Below are positions 18,242-29,091 of a stretch of 64,000 nucleotides of DNA, piece after piece. The DNA lies in NCBI GenBank assembly GCA_014859305.1, contig JACUUM010000003.1:550-64549 (forward strand), written 5' to 3'. A program made the translations under genes and the position numbers. Under the pieces are notes generated by a model. It ran no database searches. It worked only from the letters and a program-made list of their open reading frames with translations, and was not told the origin of the DNA. Source of the DNA: Coriobacteriia bacterium (GTDB lineage: Bacteria; Actinomycetota; Coriobacteriia; Anaerosomatales; Kmv31). How positions within the stretch are numbered: position 1 is the first letter of the stretch; each line of letters opens with the position of its first letter.

Positions 18242-18682
18242 GTGAGCGGAGCGATTCGGATGGAACCCGCGGGGTTCGTCTACGCCGCGATCGTCCTGAC
18301 GGCCTACGCCGTCCTCGCGTGGCGCTCGAGGCGCAAGGCGGCCCAGGCGGTCAGGACGGCCGGCAGGTCGCTCGCCGGCATGGCGACGACCTTCCTGGCC
18401 GTGTTCGCGCTCGTCGGGCTGTTCGAGGTCTACGTGTCCGCGGACGTGATCCGCGCCGCGATGGGCCCCGCTGCCGGGTGGACGTCCCTGCTGGTCGGCG
18501 GCCTGGCGGGGTCGTTCGCCGCGGGCCCGTCGTCGGCGGCGTTCCCCATCGCGCGCAGCCTGCTCGACGCGGGCGGCTCCGTCGCGGCGGTGCGGACCGG
18601 GCACGCTCCCGCGGTCGGCGAGCGGGACGCCGTGCGCCGGGTGTCGGAGACGAGGGAGGTCGGCGTTGACGCGGGACGGTGA
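18242..18682 (+). CDS. small membrane protein resembling the N-terminal part of a half-size permease; C-terminus appears replaced or truncated
   Basis: The first 110 aa or so are hydrophobic (FLAVFALVGLFEVYVSADVIRAAMGP...GSFAAGPSSAAFPIARSLLDAGGS). The last 35 aa or so are hydrophilic, and no alternative frame continues the TM pattern. Confidence 0.4.
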   Translation: MSGAIRMEPAGFVYAAIVLTAYAVLAWRSRRKAAQAVRTAGRSLAGMATTFLAVFALVGLFEVYVSADVIRAAMGPAAGWTSLLVGGLAGSFAAGPSSAAFPIARSLLDAGGSVAAVRTGHAPAVGERDAVRRVSETREVGVDAGR

Positions 18683-19163
18683 GGGCGCCGCCGCACGCGG
18701 CGGGACCGGGAAGGGCACGAGAGGCAGGGCCTTCGTCCTGCTCGCGGTCGTGGCGGTGTTCGCGGCCTTGCTTGCCGGCAAGGCGGTCGGCACGTCCGGC
18801 GAGGGGGCCGGCTCCACCGCCGGGCCGGGGTCCGGCGCCGAGCCGGGAGCGGTGGAAGCCTACGAGAGCGCGTTGAAGGCCGGCATGCCGATCTACGTCC
18901 TGTTCCACTCCGAGACCTGCGTCCCGTGCGTGGAGATCGACAGGGTCGCCCGCGTCGTCGTGCCCGAGTACGAGGGGCGCGTCACCTTCGTCGACGCGAT
19001 CACCGACGAGCCCGGCGCCCGCGAGCTGGCCGCGCGGTTCCCGTTCCAGTACATCCCGACGTCGTTCTTCATCGACGCGGACCGGCGGGTGGTCGATTCG
19101 TACACGGGCGTCCTGTCCGCAGACGAGATGCGTTCGCGGCTCGATGACTTGGTGAAGCCGTGA
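18666..19163 (+). CDS. membrane-anchored thioredoxin-family protein (TlpA/ResA-like)
   Basis: TTG start lies 6 nt after GAGGGAGG. One TM anchor and the active site SETCVPC. The stop overlaps the ccdA start. Confidence 0.75.
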   Translation: MTRDGEGAAARGGTGKGTRGRAFVLLAVVAVFAALLAGKAVGTSGEGAGSTAGPGSGAEPGAVEAYESALKAGMPIYVLFHSETCVPCVEIDRVARVVVPEYEGRVTFVDAITDEPGARELAARFPFQYIPTSFFIDADRRVVDSYTGVLSADEMRSRLDDLVKP

Positions 19164-19873
19164 GCTGGGTGGAGTCGTTCTCGGGGAGCCTGGCGGCCGG
19201 AGACCTGTCGCTCACCGCCTCGTTCGCCGTGGCCTTCCTCGGCGGTCTCGTGGCCGGTTTCGGGCCGTGCGTGCTGCCGATGATGCCCGCGGTCTTCGGG
19301 TACGTCACGGGGAGCGCCGCTCGCGAGGTAGCAGGTGGGCGGCCGGCGACGCTCAAGGCCTTCGGTCTCGCGGCCGTGTTCGTGGTCGGCATGAGCCTGG
19401 TGTTCACGGCGATCGGGGTCGCCGCCGGACTGCTCGGGCGCGCGGTCATCGTCGGCACCTGGGCGTACTATGCGGTCGCCGCTGTCTGCGTGCTCCTCGG
19501 GCTCCAGATGCTCGGCCTCGTCGATCTCCGCTTCGACGCACTCAACCGGTACCTGCCGCAGCGCAGGCCGGAGCGGCGCGGTTTCCTGGGTGCGTTCCTG
19601 TTCGGGATGCTCTTCGGCGTGGTGGCGACCCCGTGCTCGACCCCGATACTGGCGGCGATCGCAGCGATGGCTGCGGTGGGGGCCTCGGCGGCCAAGGGGG
19701 GCGGGCTCCTGTTCGTGTTCGGGCTGGGCAAGGGCGTCCCCCTGCTCGTCCTCGGACTCGCGTCCGGATCCCTGTCCCTCATGCGGGGGTTCTCCCGGGC
19801 CGCGGGAATCTTGACGAAGACAGGCGGCGTCGCACTGATGGGGGTGGCGGGCTATCTCGTCTGGGCCGCGTAG
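19160..19873 (+). CDS. ccdA: cytochrome c biogenesis / thiol-disulfide electron transporter CcdA (DsbD core)
   Basis: FLGGLVAGFGPCVLPMMP and VATPCSTPILAAI, the two conserved Cys of the DsbD_2 family, in 6 TM helices. Confidence 0.85.
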   Translation: MSWVESFSGSLAAGDLSLTASFAVAFLGGLVAGFGPCVLPMMPAVFGYVTGSAAREVAGGRPATLKAFGLAAVFVVGMSLVFTAIGVAAGLLGRAVIVGTWAYYAVAAVCVLLGLQMLGLVDLRFDALNRYLPQRRPERRGFLGAFLFGMLFGVVATPCSTPILAAIAAMAAVGASAAKGGGLLFVFGLGKGVPLLVLGLASGSLSLMRGFSRAAGILTKTGGVALMGVAGYLVWAA

Positions 19874-19947
19874 GGGAGTGGGACGGCGGTTCGGACGGTC
19901 GTCACAGGCGGGACCGGCGTTCGGGTTGAGGTGAGGAGGTGCCGAGG

Positions 19948-20166
19948 GTGTGTCCGAGGAAGGCGTGGGCGGTGACGGTGAGCGAGGAGGACCGGCTGTG
20001 GCTCGAACGGGTCGTGATGGATGACGATCGGGACGAGGCGCTCGAGTTCGTCAAGAAGGTCGTCCATCGACAGATAGAGGGCCACGAGAAGGGGCTGCTG
20101 CAGTCGCACCTCGACACGCGGTCCAACCCGACCGCCGCGTTCCGCGACCGGCAGCAGGGGACGTAG
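19948..20166 (+). CDS. small hypothetical protein with an RHH-like pattern (paralog 1)
   Basis: GTG 19948 lies 8 nt after AGGAGG. The pattern AVTVSEEDRLWLERVVMDDDRDEALEFVKKVV reads as beta-strand, helix, helix. High GC3. Confidence 0.45.
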   Translation: MCPRKAWAVTVSEEDRLWLERVVMDDDRDEALEFVKKVVHRQIEGHEKGLLQSHLDTRSNPTAAFRDRQQGT

Positions 20167-20241
20167 CCGCCGAAGCGAAGGGAACTGCTCGCAGCGGTCA
20201 CGGGAGCGTGCCGGCGGCGAGAGTGGTCCAAGGAGGCGGTG

Positions 20242-20472
20242 ATGGGGGACTTGACGATCCGTGTCGCCGAACCCGAGGTGATGCGGCTGCGCAGGATACT
20301 GATGGACGAGGACGCGACGGAGGCCTTGGCGTTCCTCAAGAGGCACTGCGAGCCGGTGTTGGCGGCGTCCGACCGCCCTCACTGCGTTCCGGTGTTCGAG
20401 GCGAACTACGGGCCGAGGCAGCACATGCAGCATGAGAGAGGCAAGGGTCGTGCGGGAGGTGACCGGACGTGA
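20242..20472 (+). CDS. small hypothetical protein with an RHH-like pattern (paralog 2)
   Basis: ATG 20242 lies 5 nt after AGGAGG. LTIRVAEPEVMRLRRILMDEDATEALAFLKRH aligns with paralog 1. Confidence 0.5.
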   Translation: MGDLTIRVAEPEVMRLRRILMDEDATEALAFLKRHCEPVLAASDRPHCVPVFEANYGPRQHMQHERGKGRAGGDRT

Positions 20473-20582
20473 TCGAGGTGGTCTACGTGGAGCCGCCGGG
20501 CTGCGGTTGAGGCGGCTCGTCGTGCTGCTCGGGTGACGAGCAGGCGCCTTGGGGCGCGTACCCCGAGGGGTCGACTTGAGAC

Positions 20583-20840
20583 ATGCCGGCCGAGTGGCGC
20601 CTCCAGGTGCTGGGGGCACGCATCGCCGAGGCGGGGCTTGAGAGCGTCGTCACGCTCCGCCTGGCCGGTCTCTTCGCGCTGGAAGGCGAGCAGAGGAGCG
20701 CCGTGACCTCGGCGCTGCTCGAGTCGGAGGACTTCCCCGTCGTGCTCGTCGGGCACCGCATAGCATGTGCCGGGGCGGTCGATCCCGACGCCGTGATCGC
20801 AGCCGTGAGGGCAGAGTCGTGTCGCAGCCGTCACGTCTGA
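20583..20840 (+). CDS. hypothetical 85-aa protein
   Basis: High GC3 in this frame and the same orientation as the two mini-genes. The weak resemblance of ...LLESEDFPVVLVGHRIACAGAVDPDAVIAAV to the C-terminal half of ArsD/thioredoxin-fold proteins is unproven. Confidence 0.4.
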   Translation: MPAEWRLQVLGARIAEAGLESVVTLRLAGLFALEGEQRSAVTSALLESEDFPVVLVGHRIACAGAVDPDAVIAAVRAESCRSRHV

Positions 20841-20855
20841 CGGCTCCCCGGCCAG

Positions 20856-21917
20856 CTAGCTCGCGATCCCGCTGGACGGCGGGGCCAGGTACAGCTCGCC
20901 GCCGCGGTCCTTGCCGCGCCGCTTGGCGTCGTACAGGCTCCTGTCCGCCGCCGCGAGCAGCCCGTCGGGCGCGGATGCGGCCGAGAGCAACGGCCCCGCG
21001 GTGGTGACCGCCCCTCCGACGCTGACCGTCACCGTGAGCGGCTCCCGCCCCTCCAGCGGCACGCGCACCTCGCGCGTGCGCTGCACGATCCGTGAGACGA
21101 GCGCGCTCAGCACCACCATGTCCGTCTCGGGGGCGAGGACGGCGAACTCGTCGCCTCCGTAGCGGGCCACCAGATCGGACTCGCGCACGGCCTCGCGCAG
21201 CCCCTCTGCGACGGCCTTGAGCGTCCGGTCTCCCGCCGCATGACCGTACGTGTCGTTGACGCGCTTGAAGTCGTCCACGTCTACGAGCAGGACGGCGAGA
21301 GCCCTTCCGTACCGCGAGGACCACGCCGTCCACTGCCGCATGTGGTTCATGAGCCCGCGGCGGTTGTACAGACCGGTCAGCACGTCGCGCGACGCGTACG
21401 CTGCGAGCCTGAGGTTGTCGCTCCAGGCGCGCTTGAGCACGCGTGCCAGGAAGCCGGCGAGCGGGTCGTCGCTCAGGTTACGCTCGATCAACTCGACCAC
21501 GTGCTCGACGTGACCGGCGTACTCCCGGCGGCGCCGGCGCACGCTGCCCGGCTCCGTGAGGTCGAGCAGCTCGCCGAAGGTGGGATCGAGCATGAAGAAC
21601 TCCATGCGCGCGGCTGCGGCGAGCATCTGCTGAGCCGACATCCCCTCGACCGAGGCCGGCACGGCGGAGGCTAGTTCGTCGTGGAGCGCCTCGATGTGGC
21701 CCTGGAGCCCCTCGGTGTCGTTCACGACGTCCGGTACGAGACCCTGGTCCCACGCCGCCAGCAGCTCTCGCCACCACGCGACGTGCCCCGACTCCTCGTC
21801 GGCCAACTCGCCGAACTCGCAGGCGACGTCCACGTCCGGGCACCTCTCGGACATCCGCTGGTACGTCCGCGCCGCCAGTGCGTCCATCTCGGCGCAGTGC
21901 TCGAGTATCGCCCGCAT
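20856..21917 (-). CDS. diguanylate cyclase with an N-terminal ferritin-like four-helix sensor domain
   Basis: ATG 21917 (MRAILEHCAEMDALAARTYQ...DEESGHVAWW). C-terminal GGDEF domain with RYGGDEF and the RESD I-site 5 residues upstream. Confidence 0.8.
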   Translation of the reverse strand: MRAILEHCAEMDALAARTYQRMSERCPDVDVACEFGELADEESGHVAWWRELLAAWDQGLVPDVVNDTEGLQGHIEALHDELASAVPASVEGMSAQQMLAAAARMEFFMLDPTFGELLDLTEPGSVRRRRREYAGHVEHVVELIERNLSDDPLAGFLARVLKRAWSDNLRLAAYASRDVLTGLYNRRGLMNHMRQWTAWSSRYGRALAVLLVDVDDFKRVNDTYGHAAGDRTLKAVAEGLREAVRESDLVARYGGDEFAVLAPETDMVVLSALVSRIVQRTREVRVPLEGREPLTVTVSVGGAVTTAGPLLSAASAPDGLLAAADRSLYDAKRRGKDRGGELYLAPPSSGIAS

Positions 21918-22082
21918 CCGCTTCTCGCCGCCCCTTCGTTTCCGAACGCCGAATGCCCGGTCCGTCCTATTCCATCTATACCCCTCGCATCCGCGCCGGT
22001 CCAATAGCATCTCCGCAGGCAAGCGCCGTGGCCCCGCGCGCGAGCGCTTGCGTCGCGTCAGACGTGCGGGGAAGATAGCCCT

Positions 22083-22814
22083 ATGGCCTACGAGCCCCGC
22101 ACATACCGCCGAACGGTCGACCCCGCCGGGCTCGCGTGTTTCGAGGTCGCGATACGCGAGACCGACTTGCAGGTCTGCGCCGTGCGCGACCTGACCAACG
22201 AGACCGAGGACCTCGTGGTGCGGGCGCGCTGGGACATCGAGCAGTTCATCCTGGCGCACCCGCGTTTCCGGGAGAGCTACGCCCCTTACGACGTTCCGGC
22301 AGGCGCGCCGGAGATCGTGCGCAGGATGTCGCGTGCCGGTTTCAAGGCGAGCGTGGGACCCATGGCCGCCGTCGCCGGCGCGATCGCCGAGTACGTGGCG
22401 CGCGGGCTCTCGTCGATCTCGCCGGAGGTGGTCGTCGAGAACGGCGGCGACATCTACCTCATCGGAGGGACGGACCGGACGGTGGCGCTGCACGCGGGCC
22501 GCTCGCCTGTGACGGGAAAGGTCGGCATCCGCGTCCCGGGCGGGCTTCAGCCCGTGGCGGTATGCACCTCGTCGGGCAGCGTAGGGCACTCGGAGAGCTA
22601 CGGGTCGGCGGATGCGGTCACCGTGCTCGCCCGCGACGGCGCGCTAGCCGACGCCGTCGCCACCGCGCTCGCGAACCGCGTGCGGGAGCCCGGCGACATC
22701 GAGGCGGCCGTGGAGGCCGCGAAGAACGTGACCGGAGTCCTCGGCGTGCTCGCGACCGTCGGCGGGCATATCGGGGCGTGGGGCAACGTGCATCTCACGT
22801 CGCTGGTCGGCTGA
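22083..22814 (+). CDS. UPF0280 family protein (ApbE-like fold)
   Basis: VGPMAAVAGAIAEYV, ENGGDIYL and SSGSVGHSESYGSADAVTV are typical of UPF0280/COG2122. Confidence 0.7.
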   Translation: MAYEPRTYRRTVDPAGLACFEVAIRETDLQVCAVRDLTNETEDLVVRARWDIEQFILAHPRFRESYAPYDVPAGAPEIVRRMSRAGFKASVGPMAAVAGAIAEYVARGLSSISPEVVVENGGDIYLIGGTDRTVALHAGRSPVTGKVGIRVPGGLQPVAVCTSSGSVGHSESYGSADAVTVLARDGALADAVATALANRVREPGDIEAAVEAAKNVTGVLGVLATVGGHIGAWGNVHLTSLVG

Positions 22815-22851
22815 CCCCTCGGCCGGGGCGCAGGGAACGGGAAAGGGGTGA

Positions 22852-25299
<2,448 letters not shown>

Positions 25300-25300
25300 C

Positions 25301-26095
25301 GTGAGGGATCGCGACGAGGGCCCGCCCGTGGCCACCGTTCCTCCACCCGCCCCGCCCGGTGGACCGCCGGGGGCGCCTCGGGCGGAGGGGGAGCCGCCGG
25401 CCTCGGTGCCGTGGGGGGAGGCCGAGGCGCTCGGCATCGTGCTCCTCACGATCGCGCTGCTGCTGGGCACGGGCGGCATCCTCGCGCTGCCGGCGGTCCG
25501 GCACGCGGCCGAGGCGGCGCCGGAGCTGGTGCGGGGATCGGCGCTGGCCCTCAACTACGCCCTGCTGGTCGGCGTGGTGTGGTACGCGGCGAGGCGCCGC
25601 GGGCAGGCTCTGGCGCCGGCGGTCGGGCTGCGCCGGGTCTCGATACCGGCGGCGCTGGGACTGGGCGCGGTCGTCGCCTTCGCAGCGCGCCTGGCGATCA
25701 TCGCCTGGGTCGTGCTGCTGGGGGCGCTCGGCATCGAGCTGCCCGGCGAGGGAGTGGACATCACCAGGCTCCTGCCGTTCACGCCGGCGGGTGTGGCGGT
25801 GACCGTGGCGCTCGCGGCCGTCGTCGCCCCGGTCGCCGAGGAGATCGTGTTCCGAGGGGTGCTCGTCACCGCGCTCGCGCGCAAGCGGTCGGAGGCGACC
25901 GCCTTCGTCGTCTCCGCCGCGCTCTTCGCGGCGCTGCACTTCAACGCCTTCACCCTCGTGCCCATCTTCATGCTCGGCGTGGCTCTCGCGTGGCTGTTCC
26001 TGCGTACGCGCACGCTGTGGATCCCGATCGCGGCGCACTCGGTGTTCAACCTGGTGGCCGTGATGGCGGCGTACGGCGCGAGGGCGGCGCAGTGA
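25301..26095 (+). CDS. CPBP-family intramembrane glutamic endopeptidase
   Basis: Motifs APVAEEIVFRGVL, FAALHF and AAHSVFN in a polytopic protein. Confidence 0.75.
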   Translation: MRDRDEGPPVATVPPPAPPGGPPGAPRAEGEPPASVPWGEAEALGIVLLTIALLLGTGGILALPAVRHAAEAAPELVRGSALALNYALLVGVVWYAARRRGQALAPAVGLRRVSIPAALGLGAVVAFAARLAIIAWVVLLGALGIELPGEGVDITRLLPFTPAGVAVTVALAAVVAPVAEEIVFRGVLVTALARKRSEATAFVVSAALFAALHFNAFTLVPIFMLGVALAWLFLRTRTLWIPIAAHSVFNLVAVMAAYGARAAQ

Positions 26096-27027
26096 CCCCC
26101 GAGCCGTCCTCCTCGGGACGGGGCCGTCCGAAGCCCAGGCAGAGGCCTCGGCCGGCCAAGGAACGCCGCTCCACGCCGCCCACGCCGGGCGCCGGCACGG
26201 CTTCGCGTCCCGCGCGCGAGGCCGGGCGCGGCAGCGCGGTAGCGACCACGCGGGCCGGACCCTCGCGCACCGCGGACACGACCGCGCGCGCCCCGGTCCC
26301 CCGAACCGTGGCACCCGCGGGCGCCCCGTGGTCCCCCGTCGAGGCGCTGGCCGTGATCGCCGTCGTCGCGGCGGGCTTCATGGTGAAGGACATCCTGCTG
26401 AACGCGGAGTGGCTCCGCGAGGCGCCCGCGGCGACGGTCGTGCTCCTGCGCGTGCTCGTGCTGGCCGTCTTCTACGCCGCCCAGGTCGCGGTGCTCGCCC
26501 ACCTCGCGGCCCGGCGGGCCCTGTCCTTCGGCGAAGCCTTCCGGCTGAGGCGCGGCGGAGCGTGGCGCTCGGCCGCCGTGTCTGCGGGCCTGGTCGGGGC
26601 GCTGCTGGTCGGCACGCGCGCCGCCGCGACGCTGTACGCCGCGCTGGCGCACGGGCTGGGGTTCGACCCGCCGGGGATGCGCTGGAACGCCGACCTCTCG
26701 CGGGTCTTCGGGGCGGGGCTGCCCGGATTCGCGCTGACGGTGGCGCTGGTGGTGCTCGTGGGCCCCCTTGTGGAGGAGGTGGTGTTCCGTGGCGTCATCC
26801 TCGGGGCCGTATCTTCGCGCCTGGGGCCGTGGCCGGCGATCGTCGCCTCGGCGCTGCTCTTCTCGGTCTACCACTTCACCGCCTGGCTGCTCGTTCCCTC
26901 GTTCGTGCTGGGCGTGGCCTGCGGGTGGCTCGCGGCTCGGCGCCCGACGCTGATCCCCGCCGTCGCGCTGCATTCGCTGTACAATGCCGTAGCGGTCGCC
27001 GCGGCGTTCTACGTCGCAAGCCGCTGA
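26092..27027 (+). CDS. CPBP-family intramembrane glutamic endopeptidase with a Pro/Arg/Thr-rich N-terminal tail
   Basis: GTG 26092 overlaps the upstream stop. Motifs GPLVEEVVFRGVI, FSVYHF and ALHSLYN. The first 80 aa or so are low complexity. Confidence 0.75.
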   Translation: MTPEPSSSGRGRPKPRQRPRPAKERRSTPPTPGAGTASRPAREAGRGSAVATTRAGPSRTADTTARAPVPRTVAPAGAPWSPVEALAVIAVVAAGFMVKDILLNAEWLREAPAATVVLLRVLVLAVFYAAQVAVLAHLAARRALSFGEAFRLRRGGAWRSAAVSAGLVGALLVGTRAAATLYAALAHGLGFDPPGMRWNADLSRVFGAGLPGFALTVALVVLVGPLVEEVVFRGVILGAVSSRLGPWPAIVASALLFSVYHFTAWLLVPSFVLGVACGWLAARRPTLIPAVALHSLYNAVAVAAAFYVASR

Positions 27028-27160
27028 CGCGGTCCCCGCCCGCTTCAGGTCCCGGCCTGAGCGCGCGCTGCGACCAGAGGGAGGGCGGCTGCGGGGGAAG
27101 AGCACAACCACGGAGGGATGACATCTCGGACCGGAGCCCGAAGCGGCTGGAGAAGGGGCG

Positions 27161-27475
27161 ATGCCGGAGATGGCGATCTCGGAGGACGAGGTACGGCACG
27201 TCGCGCTGCTGGCGCGGATCGCGCTCACCGACGAGCAGGTCGCGACGCTGGCCGGGGAGCTCTCGAGCATCCTCGACCACGTGAGTCGCATCCGGGAGCT
27301 CTCGCTGGACGGGGTCGAGCCCACCGCCCACGCGATCGACGTGACGGACGTGACGCGCCCCGACGAGGTCCGACCCTGCCTGCCGCGCGAGCGGGCGCTG
27401 CTCAACGCACCCGAGGCCGACGACGAAGGGTTCTTCGTCATCCCGAGGATCGTGGGGCCGGGTGGTGACGAGTGA
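27161..27475 (+). CDS. gatC: Asp/Glu-tRNA(Asn/Gln) amidotransferase subunit C
   Basis: VRHVALLARIALTDEQV...LDHVSRI is a typical GatC sequence. Confidence 0.9.
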   Translation: MPEMAISEDEVRHVALLARIALTDEQVATLAGELSSILDHVSRIRELSLDGVEPTAHAIDVTDVTRPDEVRPCLPRERALLNAPEADDEGFFVIPRIVGPGGDE

Positions 27476-29091
27476 GCATGGACCTGAGCAAGCTCACCGC
27501 GCCCGAGATCCGACGGGGGCTGGCCGCCAAGGAGTTCAGTGCAGCCGACCTGGTCGACGCGGCCTTCACCCGCATCACCTACGTCGAAGAGCAGGTCCAC
27601 GCGTTCAACTCGTTCTCCCGCGACCTCGCGGCGGACGCGGCCCGTCGCATCGACGCGATCGTCGGCGAGGGCGGCGACCTGCCCCCGCTGGCCGGCGTGC
27701 CCGCGGCCCTCAAGGACAACATGAACCTCGTCGGGACCAAGACGACCTGCTCGGCGCGCATCCTCGAGGGTCACCGCAGCGTGTACGACTGCACGGCGGC
27801 CGCTCGTCTCGTCGCGGCGGGGGGCATCCCCGTCGGCAAGTGCAACATGGACGAGTTCGCGTTCGGCTCCTCCACCGAGAACTCCGCCTTCGGCCCGACG
27901 CGCAACCCCTGGGACCTCGACCGCGTCCCCGGGGGGTCCTCGGGGGGGAGCGCGGCGGCCGTGAGCGCGGGCGAGGTGGTGCTCTCGCTGGGCAGCGACA
28001 CGGGCGGCTCGATCCGGCAGCCCGGGTCGCTCACCGGGACGGTCGCGATGAAGCCGACCTACGGCCGCGTGAGCCGCTACGGGCTGGTCGCCTTCGCGAG
28101 CTCGCTGGACCAGATCGGCCCGTTCTCCAAGACCGTCGAGGAGTGCGCGCTGGCCCTGAACGCTATCTGCGGCCACGATCCGATGGATGCCACCAGCGTC
28201 GACCGCCCGGCCGAGGACTTCACGGCCGGCCTGCGGGACGGCGTGGGCGGGATGCGGGTCGGGCTCGTCTCGGACCTGCTGGAGGCCGAGGGTCTCTCCC
28301 CCGAGGTGCGGGACTCGGTCAGGCGCGCGGCGGACACGTTCGCCGACCTCGGGGCGGACGTGGGCGAGACGACGCTGCCCTCGACCGAGCACGGGTTGTC
28401 GGCCTACTACATCATCGCGCCGGCCGAGGCCTCCTCCAATCTCGCCCGCTTCGACGGCGTGCGCTACGGGTATCGCGTGCCCGACGCCGAGGACGTGCTC
28501 GACATGTACATGCGGACCCGCGCGGAGGGCTTCGGACCGGAGTCCGTGCGGCGCATCATGTTGGGCACGTACGCGCTCTCTGCGGGCTACTACGAGGCGT
28601 ACTACGGCCAGGCGCAGAAGGCGCGTACGCTCATCATGCGCGACTTCGATCTCGCGTTCGGGGAGTTCGACGTGCTCCTGACGCCCACCTCGCCCACGAC
28701 GGCCTTCCGCCTCGGCGAGAAGACCGACGACCCGCTGCAGATGTACCTGTCCGACATCTTCACGATCCCGGTGAACCTCGCCGGCATCTGCGCCGTCTCG
28801 GTCCCGTGCGGGCTCGCCGGGGGGCTTCCGGTCGGGTTGCAGCTCATCGGGACGCACTTCGCCGAGGCGACCATCCTCCGCGCGGCGTACGCGTTCGAGC
28901 AGGCGCTCGGCTTCGATACCACGCCGCCGCTCATCCGCGATCTGGAGCGGATCGGCGAGCCGCTGGATTCCAGTCTGCTGCCCGTCACCGGCTCGGTCAT
29001 CGTGCCGCCTGCGCCCTTCGAGGAGCCCGAGCGCGACTACCATCCGGAGCCGCCTCCCAGTGAGGGGCAGGGAGGTGGTACGGGTGGGTAG
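27472..29091 (+). CDS. gatA: Asp/Glu-tRNA(Asn/Gln) amidotransferase subunit A (with a C-terminal extension of about 50 aa)
   Basis: Amidase signature GGSSGGSAAAV...GSDTGGSIRQP. Start is GTG 27472 or ATG 27478. Confidence 0.95.
   Translation: MSMDLSKLTAPEIRRGLAAKEFSAADLVDAAFTRITYVEEQVHAFNSFSRDLAADAARRIDAIVGEGGDLPPLAGVPAALKDNMNLVGTKTTCSARILEGHRSVYDCTAAARLVAAGGIPVGKCNMDEFAFGSSTENSAFGPTRNPWDLDRVPGGSSGGSAAAVSAGEVVLSLGSDTGGSIRQPGSLTGTVAMKPTYGRVSRYGLVAFASSLDQIGPFSKTVEECALALNAICGHDPMDATSVDRPAEDFTAGLRDGVGGMRVGLVSDLLEAEGLSPEVRDSVRRAADTFADLGADVGETTLPSTEHGLSAYYIIAPAEASSNLARFDGVRYGYRVPDAEDVLDMYMRTRAEGFGPESVRRIMLGTYALSAGYYEAYYGQAQKARTLIMRDFDLAFGEFDVLLTPTSPTTAFRLGEKTDDPLQMYLSDIFTIPVNLAGICAVSVPCGLAGGLPVGLQLIGTHFAEATILRAAYAFEQALGFDTTPPLIRDLERIGEPLDSSLLPVTGSVIVPPAPFEEPERDYHPEPPPSEGQGGGTGG

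Noticed and set aside
21918-22589. N-terminal extension of the 577-aa minus ORF containing the GGDEF gene
   Set aside because: The extension runs antisense through the UPF0280 gene and the divergent spacer. The protein-like sequence begins at ATG 21917.
28930-29091. GatA C-terminal extension of about 50 aa as a possible extra domain
   Set aside because: The sequence is a Pro/Glu/Gly-rich low-complexity tail that overlaps the gatB start region. It is likely a lineage-specific linker or late stop rather than a functional domain.
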